From positions 1,302,001-1,366,000 of the forward strand of contig SMSO01000005.1 of assembly GCA_004764695.1 (NCBI GenBank): a stretch of 64,000 nt of DNA, in the 5' to 3' direction. The notes under the pieces are model-generated. The model was given only the letters and a program-made list of their open reading frames with translations. It had not been told where the DNA came from and ran no database searches. The DNA comes from Schizochytrium sp. TIO01. Its lineage: Eukaryota > Protista > Bigyra: Labyrinthulomycetes. Both the position numbers and the translations under genes were made by a program. Positions 51,000 to 60,549 of this stretch are shown piece after piece (position 1 is the first letter of the stretch; each line of letters starts with the position of its first letter).

Positions 51000-51581
51000 G
51001 GAGGGTTCATTAGTGTGAACCAGGATAGAGATTCAATGACGATTCTTGTTCTTGTTTTAAACATAAAGAACGCCGAAATGAGATAGTACTGAGGTGGATG
51101 TATAATCGAGTCAGACCCATTTATGATTATGCTAGTTGGTTATTTGGTACTATGTTCTGATGTTGTCACCACAAAAGCTTATGTAAAAAAATAAATTGAT
51201 TCTAGAAAACTAAATAATAGCTGCAACCTTATGCTTAATGCACTCTAGCGAAAGAGCACAACGCATCTTTGTGACTTCAATTTCTAAATTCACTTAAAAC
51301 ATGATTGAAATCAATTCCTTCTAAATACAGCTTCCTGGCATCAACACCTATCAAGCATCAGCAATCCCAACAAGCTGGACACGTGACAGAGAGTCGATTA
51401 GTTCAAACAGAGGGTCCTTTTCTCCAATTAATTTTAGTTATATCAACGGCAAACTACTGGACTCTTGTAATGATAGGTTGATAAGACCCTCCATCTCTAG
51501 AATGCATTGAGCGTATTTCATTCTCTCGAATTCTTATGAATAGTAAGAACAAAAACTCCTTCTAGTTAAGAGCTTGGATAT

Positions 51582-53564
51582 TTATTTTGATGGAGGAGCA
51601 TATATTTCCTTGGGAACTTTCCTTTTGCTTGCAGGGTTGTTGCTCCACGATGAGTATAACTTGATCTCAAGTTTATTGATGGAGTCAACCAAGCTCTCGT
51701 AGCTGTCTTCCTGTGATGCGGTCATGTCAATCTTGTGCATGTGATCGAATGTGAGTCGGTGGTGAGTAGCCATCTCATTACAAAGGTAGGATACGACACG
51801 GGGACCGACACGGTACTCCCCCTCACGATCCTTTTCCAGACGAGCCTGGAAGTCAGCATGATCAATATTCACATATAAGTTTCGATCAGTCACAAAGCTC
51901 CGCTTTGGGACAACGTCAGGGTCGTCAGACCTAGCACGTACAAACTGAATCTGAAAGAGACCATCCTTTTGCTTTTTCTTGCGCTGTTGACGCTCTTCTG
52001 GCGTCTTACGAACAACAGGTTCATAATCAACATTGTCGACAGAGATGGGCTCATTATTTTTAATATCAGCTGCGGTGGCGTCGTCCTTGTTATCATCTAT
52101 TGGCAACTCTCTCGATTCTGAAAATTCAGTGTCGTCATCTTCAAGAGGATCCAAACCTTGCTCGTCTTGCTCCAAGAGAGATGCCATAGAGTCGCGAAGG
52201 GTGTCCTCTAGATCACTAAGGGTGTCCTCAACCGTCATGTCAATCACCTTTTGCAATTCTTTCATGAGCTCATCCTCAAGCTCACGGAGTTCTTTATAGA
52301 TAAATTTGCGGTTTGCAGACCGAACAAAGTCATCTCGGGTGAGCACAGGTGTGAGTGCCTTTCGCACTTCAATGCGTCCACATACGCTAGGGTGCTCCCA
52401 TAGCCGACCCTTGTACTTAGATTCTTCAAGAAATGATGAAAGACGGAATGCATCCGAAATAGCACGGCCACCTTTGAAAAAGCGAACACGTTTGTCTGAA
52501 TGGACCTCCTGGGTTACGATGACTTTCACATCCACTGTGGAGCCATCAGGGGCAGTAATGGTCCTCTCGAAACGGGTTCCTTTAATGCTGTCATAATCAA
52601 ACGCTTTGCACGTATGCTCTCGGCGGGTTGGCTTTCGTTTCTTGTTGCCGGGCGTGACCTTACCAACAATGATTCTTGCAGCGTTGTCACTAAGGAGTCC
52701 CTCAAAATGGTTTTCAATGTCTCGACAAAGGGAAATAAAACGAACGGATTCGAACCAGATCGGGTCAATGTCAAGCATCGCAACCACAGTTCCATGGTTC
52801 GAACTGTTCGGAAGAATACTCATTGGCGCTAGATCAGAGTCTGCTTCTTCACTTCTTGAAAGAACATACCGATCAAAGGCGTCACGGACAATCTCATCGG
52901 AAGCCAGAAGGGCATCCATTGGGATTTCATCTGGTCTCGGAACCTGGCTACTCCGGCGATCGAGGACGACGCTACGAACTTTGGCACCTTCTTCCTGAAC
53001 TGGAGATGTGTATACGCGCAGGGATTCTGCAGCAGCTCTAAACGCGTGTGCGCCAAAGCCAAACTGGCCGTTCAAGTATTCTACGTTGCGCTTTTGTGAA
53101 TCACCAATACCCAGCACGAGCTGCATCAGGTTATCCTTGTTCATACCCATACTGTTGTCCCGAATCCAAATTCGTTTCTTTGCAGAATCGATGTCAATCC
53201 TCACGTCAATTAAATGGTTGGGCTGGAACGCCTTGGTTTGCTTACCATCCTCAGCACTGTCTAGAGCGTTATCTACATATTCCATAATCACCCTCGGCAT
53301 GGACTTGTACGTAGACGCAATTGCATTCAGCAATGCCGTAGGATTTTTGATTTGCACTGCATATTCGGCCTCATCAGCACTGCCGGTTTCGATTTTAGAC
53401 TCAATAGCAGCGGGAGATACTCCACTTGCAGAATCCGAAGTTGCATACCTCAGACCGTGATTTGCGACCACCTGGCCAACACCATTGCAGTGTTGATATG
53501 CGGGTTTCGAGATTCTTGCATGGGCAAGATGATTTCTCGCGAGGGATCTCACGAGAGGCCGCAT
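51582..53564 (-). CDS. GHKL (HATPase_c_3, MORC/Hsp90/MutL-like) ATPase with mitochondrial-type presequence, 660 aa
   Basis: Bergerat-fold motifs EYVDNALD, DNSMGM, GQFGFG and HGTVV, followed by an S5-like region and coiled coil. Arg-rich, acid-free N-terminus MRPLVRSLARNHLAHARISK. Confidence 0.85.
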   Translation of the reverse strand: MRPLVRSLARNHLAHARISKPAYQHCNGVGQVVANHGLRYATSDSASGVSPAAIESKIETGSADEAEYAVQIKNPTALLNAIASTYKSMPRVIMEYVDNALDSAEDGKQTKAFQPNHLIDVRIDIDSAKKRIWIRDNSMGMNKDNLMQLVLGIGDSQKRNVEYLNGQFGFGAHAFRAAAESLRVYTSPVQEEGAKVRSVVLDRRSSQVPRPDEIPMDALLASDEIVRDAFDRYVLSRSEEADSDLAPMSILPNSSNHGTVVAMLDIDPIWFESVRFISLCRDIENHFEGLLSDNAARIIVGKVTPGNKKRKPTRREHTCKAFDYDSIKGTRFERTITAPDGSTVDVKVIVTQEVHSDKRVRFFKGGRAISDAFRLSSFLEESKYKGRLWEHPSVCGRIEVRKALTPVLTRDDFVRSANRKFIYKELRELEDELMKELQKVIDMTVEDTLSDLEDTLRDSMASLLEQDEQGLDPLEDDDTEFSESRELPIDDNKDDATAADIKNNEPISVDNVDYEPVVRKTPEERQQRKKKQKDGLFQIQFVRARSDDPDVVPKRSFVTDRNLYVNIDHADFQARLEKDREGEYRVGPRVVSYLCNEMATHHRLTFDHMHKIDMTASQEDSYESLVDSINKLEIKLYSSWSNNPASKRKVPKEIYAPPSK

Positions 53565-56500
53565 ATGTGGCGATTTCTGAATGAATATAAGCTTAACCAG
53601 GAGCTGCTACTTTTAATATTTATAGCAGTCTGTCTTTGAGCGGCGACCGCGGTTTGAGACGCCTTCACCACGTTCCTTCTCGCAGATCTCCAACCAAAGC
53701 TTTCCTAAACCAAGACTGATTGCTTAGTGTAGTTGTATGCGGAGTTCGCAGCACCTTATGGATGCGCCAGGCGCGAAGAGCCGACCACACTAGCGCGTCT
53801 GCGCGACTGATTCCACTCCTTCTCCATGCGAATCCTGATGGCAAAATCATATATTACGGATATCCGACTTTAAAGTTTTCTCTTTCACGGAATTCCGTAA
53901 ATAGTGAAGGAAGACGATAGCAGTAGTAGGTACTAAGGTACTCTAATTATCGCAGAGTCGCAGCTTTTTAAAGCAGGTGAAATAGTTTCATGGACATGGA
54001 TGACGAGTACTTTGATAATAATGTGAAGTGGAAGGATCTAGAAATACAAGAGACCAAATGCTGCTTTTGTTTTTGTAGAAGTGATATGATTTTTATTCAT
54101 GAGTTCGCTTCAATATTAATGGCAAACCATCATCTTTTTCGTCTTCTTTTCCTGTCTTATTAAGAAACAAACAAAAAATAAAAAATACATAGCACATGAC
54201 AGCCTATACATATCCTCCAGAGTATAATGCATCTTTGGCGCTGGTTGACATTTGCTCAAGATTTGCGAATGATAAATTCTGTAAACTAGCACAAGGCTTT
54301 ATGACGTATTCGAGTTCACCTTCGTGCTCTAATTCTGGCAAGTCATCAACTAGGTGATTGGGAGATTTCTCATTGTCGATCTCAATGCAGGAAGAAGGCA
54401 ACCTATCGAACGTGAGAAACCATTTCTTTCTCTTTTTGTCTAGCTCCAGTAAAAGGAAAAAAGAGCAAATCATGAACGAGTGAACTTGTGAATGAGTGAA
54501 TGAATGAATGAAAAACATCGCACTACTACCTCGAACTTTTAATCAGATGCAGGCCATTCATCCTTTCAGCCTCTAGAGGGAGGCGTAAAGCGTTGTAAGC
54601 TTTGTTGCTGGTTTCGTGTTGCTATATCAATTCTCTTATCATATAAGATCTTCATCCCCGTATGCCAGCCGATGCGCTACTTATACATGTCCACTTAGCT
54701 ATGGGATCTTTATGAAAGACCATTATAGGTAGTCAGAACATAAGAAAGAGAACAGAACGAGATGTAAAACGGTCAAATCTGAGTCTCTGCTATTCTATGG
54801 GCAAGCGATTGATAAATTTCTCGGGATGCTTGACCAACTCTTGGTTTCCGTGAAGATCAGGGTATGGGGATGCGTCTCGTGGAGTCGGGCTTGAAGGTGC
54901 TTCTCAGCTATCTTCCCCATCTTCTCCATGCCTGAAGGAAGCTAGTGGATGCAGTCTACGTGCAGGATATCGGTCACTGCTCTAATACGTTGCTCAAGGT
55001 GGAGCAGGCCCTCAGGCTCGCAGGAGTTTCACAAAGGAGCCATCCCAAAAGGGCTTTGCAAGTTTGGATCGAATTCGAGCACTTTCGATCGTACTGCGCT
55101 GATTCGATCCAAGTTCGGCCCACCGATTAAGACTAATTGAATTCAGGCTTGCCAGTACGATGCCCATGGCTGCACCTTGACTCAGGTTTTCCTGGCGTGC
55201 ACTCGAGCAAATTTTCAGTCAAGGTCTCATGGAGACAATCGGGCTTGAGAACTACGAGTAGCAAATCATTCTATACAATGTGCAAACATCCTATGATGCC
55301 TTTGGGACAGAGCCATCGCTCCGTGTGAAGCAAGTGGCCCAACATCATGAATGAATGAATGAATGAGTGCATATCTTCTGAGATTGCATGAAATAGCACA
55401 GATCGAGCGGCGTAGAGTCAGAGCTTAGCTAACATTGTGCCGGAGGTTTGTGCCTGTGTGGGTTGCTAAATCCTTATGTTGATGAGTCGTCATAGTTAGT
55501 AAACTGCTTTGTCACACTTCCCTTTTGGCTCCCAACAACTGCCGAAGGTGCTTCAAGAAAGGAGGGGCTCCACATACGTTGGCCCTGCAATGAATTCTGT
55601 CAGAAAGACCTGAAGTAAATCTTGGTTTATTAGAGACCTTACAGGAGAGCTGGGACGTGTTCAGGGTCGAGAGGGGACAGCGCTCGAGCATCAACTTTGA
55701 CTACGACACGGGGGTGCAGCTCGCCAGACAAGCCACTGTGGGAGGTCCAATCTTGCGACGCTTAGCCCAAATATGCGTTAGGATACTTGCCTGAGCGTCG
55801 TGCGATCGCCAGCCCAGGGCTCATTTGTGCGGGTTGAACTTCAGCTCTTGATTGAGTCTACCCAAGCTTCGCACATGTGTATCTTGAAGACCAAATACTT
55901 CGCTTTACGACCATTTATGACGAGCAAAGAATCATCATTGCTACTGCCATATGAAGATTTCAATCAAATAAAAAATGACAATCTCAGGGAACTTGAGGCT
56001 CGCTCGGCTTGGTATGTTTTACATGGCTTTTTCTCAACTTTAAACAGGTGCCACTGGTTCCTTTTGGCGAACTCGATCAAGGCATTTGATCCAAGTTTCT
56101 CTAAATTGGTATTCTAAGGATTCGCCTTAAATTTACTCTATGACCTGCACGTTTTAGTGGGACAATTGCACTACCAAAGCAGGAAAAGAAAAGAAAAGAA
56201 AGAAATTTTTAAAAGAAAAAGATGGGTTACACTCATACACCGTGTCTTGTATCTAATAGAACTTCGCATTACATTTTTACCCATTGTATCGCATTCATTA
56301 CCTTGCTCTGAGCTATACCACCCTACTCAAGGAGTCCTTCTTGCGCCCTGCCGCTGCTTTGCATAAAATCTGGGTTCTACATATTGATGGCACGCTGCTC
56401 TACTTTGTGTTCTCTGCAGTATTTTATCTGGACCCGGATCCTGACGCCTGCGTTCGGGTGGTGCTTAGTACTTGAGGCAAGCTAGCAAGTTAGCAAGCAA

Positions 56501-56940
56501 CTCAATGTAAATAATCATGCAAGCACGCCTGTCACGTGAAGCCATGCCATGAAGATTGTTGAAGATCTTCCTTTGCACGTTGGCGTGCGATTCCTGATCG
56601 ATCTCACGTTTATACGATTGACGGCCAAGCCCTTGGATTCCTTTGAAGTTGTCCTAAGAAGCATAAAACGTGCAGGTTCGCAGCCAAACAATAAACTGCA
56701 TCTGAGCTTACGAGGTCCTACTGGTTTACAGAGGAGCACAGCGATGGCCAGTTCTTGCGAGGAGCCACTTCAAGTTGCGCTCAGCTGCATCCGGAGTTCT
56801 GGATCGGATCGTTCGATCTCAGCACCAGCTCGCTCGGTTGCTTTCTTTCTGGCCTTCATCTCGCTTCGCGTGGACGGCCTTGCATGTGTCTAAGGCCTGT
56901 ACGAAGACATAGGAGGAGCCATCGTAGCAGAGCAGAGCAC

Positions 56941-56944
<4 letters not shown>

Positions 56945-56993
<49 letters not shown>
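56945..56993. repeat. (CAAT)12 microsatellite
   Basis: Perfect tandem run. Confidence 0.95.
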
Positions 56994-56994
<1 letters not shown>

Positions 56995-57011
56995 CATCAT
57001 TAATAAAAAAA

Positions 57012-57352
57012 CAGGGCCCAAGAGAACAGTTGCGCAACCCATTTTAAGGCGCTGCCAGAGGGGCTAGAGGGCACTTCGCGCGAAACCGCCTCAAAATCAG
57101 TGTAGCTACAAAGCCCAATATCACCACCCTCTCTTAAAAATTTACAAATTTCAAATTTTTTCTGTTTTGGTACCTCACAATCCACTGTACTACTATAGTG
57201 GCAAAATTTCACAGTGGTTTACAGAGTGGTGGTAGAGGGGAGGCAATATTGTTAAAAAAGAAGCTGTGGAATTTTAAGCAGAGGGCAGTGTGGGGGTTTA
57301 TTGGAGACAGTGTAGAATCACACCGTGTCTGGTGGCAGCGCACGAGGCCCTG
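57012..57352. mobile_element. Possible degenerate fold-back/MITE-like element
   Basis: Nested inverted repeats CAGGGCC/GGCCCTG, GCGCTGCCA/TGGCAGCGC and central CCACTGT/ACAGTGG. No target-site duplication seen. Confidence 0.3.
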
Positions 57353-58090
57353 AGCTCGTGAACTTGGTTCAAGGTTGAGAAAGAAGAGTTTCATACGCCC
57401 AACCAACAACCACGCAGCACTCCGCTCGCACTTGAAAGCTAAGCTGCGCAGACCCGCCCAGACAGGTCCAATCTCCCCGTTTCAGCAAGCACCGATACCG
57501 CTTTCTGCTGTGCACGTGTGCGGGATTCCAGGCGAGACAGAACTTGCGGAGACCAGCAGGAAAGCAGAGGGCACGGAATCCTCGATTTCCGTACAAACTT
57601 CGAACTGTGCTGTCCGCTCGGTTAGTTGTCTTTGCGCACGCTCAGAGACAGCCTCCGAGTCGACTCAAGGAAAGTCGGCGGTGCCTTCCTTCGTCTGCAC
57701 GCACCCCCAGGCTAGCGCCCGGGCGTCGTAGTTGCGGCGTTCTGCGTATCCCATCGGCCCGGAACGAACAAATTCGATTAAGCGGTTCAACCGGCTCAGC
57801 CATCGTTCGAGGCAACCAACCCGCCTGCCACAGCAAAGCATCGGCGGGCGCTTCCTCGCTCCCTCTTCAAGCGCGTCCTTCCCGAGGCTTCTTCCCTCCG
57901 CAGGCCAGCTGCAGCAGGCAGGCAGGCAGGCAGCGCTTCTCTCTCGAGGCCCATCCGCGTCAAAGAAACCGCGAGGGACCCGAAGGCAAAAAATCAAAGA
58001 GAACGCCCAGAGAACGCCCCTCGTTTAGTATTGGGTAACGCGGGGAACTTTTCGCCCAGAGAACAAAACCCCGCGAGTGCGGGAGCTTCG

Positions 58091-58147
58091 CAAGTAGGTT
58101 ATAGCCGTGCAGCAAGTGAGTTATAGCCTCGGTACAAGTAAGTTATT
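58091..58147. promoter_or_regulatory. Motif cluster CAAGTRRGTTAT(AG) x3 at 22-bp period
   Basis: Copies start at 58091, 58113 and 58135. The repeats are certain; the regulatory role is inferred. Confidence 0.5.
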
Positions 58148-58811
58148 CTAAAGGCGCTGTGTGTGCGGCGGCTTTGGCTCCACTGTAGAATTGATTCATT
58201 GATTGATTACATAGAAGTGCAAATTCGTTGTGCATTCGCTCATTCTGGTTCGTTCGACGTTTGGGCAATCCATCGATCGTTCGGTCAAGACTGATCAAAT
58301 AATCTGCGATCAATTGATCAGCGCGCGGGTGTTTGTGCAAAAGCTCGTACGATTGTGCCTCAGGATTGGTTGCACGATCGGTGTGGATTATAGCTCAATT
58401 CATTGGCCAATTCTATCAATCAATCAATCAATCAATCAATTCTATCAATTGTGCACACACCACAAAAGCTTCGTTCGCGCTGTCCTCTCGTGAGTTCGTT
58501 AGCCTCGACGGTGGGCATTGATTGACCACTCACTTACTTACCGTCTGTCGCAGAGTGCGTGGCCTTTGCTCCTGCTGCTTGCGAGTGAGCTATCGGCTGA
58601 GTCGTTGTCGATCGAAGGCGCTCTTCACTGAGCGAAGAGAAGACGTCCAAACATCGCAATAACGCAACAACAACAACAACGCAACGACAACTCAACAAAC
58701 AAACAACACATCGATTGACTAACGATTGACTGACTGACTGACTGAGTGATCGACTTACTTATTATTTGCGGCTGTGTGCAGGTGGTTTAACCCGTAGTAC
58801 AGGGGCCGCGC

Positions 58812-58866
58812 GCAAGTGGGTTATAGGGCCGCAAGTGGGTTATAGGCGCCGCAAGTGGGTTATAGC
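58812..58866. promoter_or_regulatory. Motif cluster GCAAGTGGGTTATAG x3 at ~20-bp period
   Basis: Copies start at 58812, 58831 and 58851; same motif as the 58091 cluster. Confidence 0.5.
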
Positions 58867-59061
58867 CGAGAGGAAGAAAGACTCGAGCCCAACCACGGAA
58901 TCTAACGATCGCTCGAATCGTCGTTTCGTTGTATCGATCGATATCGATCAATCATCGTTCGTCCCATCGCTGTGGAAGTAGCATATCGCCTTCACAGCAC
59001 AGCAAAGCAAAGTAAAACAAAGCAACGCAGGAGATCGGCGTGTGCTCGGATCCCAAGATAC

Positions 59062-59260
<199 letters not shown>

Positions 59261-59596
59261 CGAAGGGCGTTCTTCGACTGATTCTTTAGTTTCTTTGTTT
59301 GTTTTGGCGAAAGTAAAAGTAAAAGAAAACAAAGAACAAAAAAAAAAAAAGAAAAAAGAAAGAAAGAGAAAAGAGAAAAGAGAAGCAAAGCCAAAGGAGC
59401 GAAAGAGAGAGCTCGAGCTCCAGCGACCACGCAGAGCTCGGCAAGCAAGCGGACCGCGGCTGAGCAGAGCGGCCCGGTCTCGCCGAAATAGGAGGCCAGA
59501 GCAAGGCGAAGCAAAGCCAAGGCCAGCCGGAGGGAGCCGCGGCCAGAAGAAAGAGCGAGGCTCGCGGAGCTGCTAGCGTTAGCGGCGGGCTTGCTC

Positions 59597-59597
<1 letters not shown>

Positions 59598-59629
<32 letters not shown>

Positions 59630-59662
59630 TTTCTTTCTTTTTTTTTTCTTTTTTCTTTCTTT
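59598..59662. repeat. (TTTC)n polypyrimidine tract
   Basis: Seen directly. Confidence 0.85.
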
Positions 59663-60549
59663 CTCTCCTTGTTTTGAAAAGGAGCGGAGGCGTAGAGTTG
59701 TCGGTAGGAGCTGAGGACTAGGGCGACGATAACGACGACGGCGAAGAGAGAACGGAACGCGGAAAGAGAACGCCATAGTTAGGTAGTTTGAGACAGAAAG
59801 CAAAAGCGAAGGAAAGCAAAAGCCAAAGAGCAAACAAACGAGACTCGCGGCGGTTTGCGAGGCAGGCAAGAGCAAGCAAGCAAGCAAAGGCTGCGGAAGG
59901 ACTGAAGCAGAACTGGAGGCAGGACCCCGACTCTGCCTTGGGAGGAAGCGGCGAACGGCTTGGTTGGCAAGGCAGCTAGCTAGCTAGCTAGGCGGGCGTT
60001 GTTGACGGCGATCGGATCCGGTGCTCGTGAAACGAAGGGATATATTATATATAATATATATATATTGTTGCAGTGGAGATATTGGGCTCAAGCGCGAGTG
60101 GACCTTGGAGGAAAAGAAAGTCGGGATACTCGAGCACGTCTGGGAGGAAGAGAAACGAAGGTGCGTCGAAGGTGCCGCCTAAGTGACCGTTCATACGTCT
60201 ACCTGCGAGAATACCGTCTCGAGCAGAGGTGGTGGTGCTTGGTTCGCATCAAGCGAGGTAGTTAGTGAGTTAGTTAGTTGGTTAGTCTTGGTGCTGTTTG
60301 GTATTTGTGCTCTATCTATCTATCTATCTTTCTATCGAAGTGGCATATAACATACGTACCCAGCGTTATACATTCCTTTGTGTGGAAGCAGAGCGCGCTG
60401 GAGGCTAGAGGCCCTGCCTGAACACACGTTGAGCAAGCGAGCTCAACAAAGATAAGGTCCCAAGTACTCTATCAATCTATCTATCTAATTAATTAATCAC
60501 ACGACGGTGACGGCAGCGGCAGCAGCAGCAGCTACACAAAGCAAAAACG

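Noticed and set aside
54500-56900. Short ORFs of 60-115 aa
   Set aside because: No motifs and no consistent strand or frame; cannot be supported as genes.
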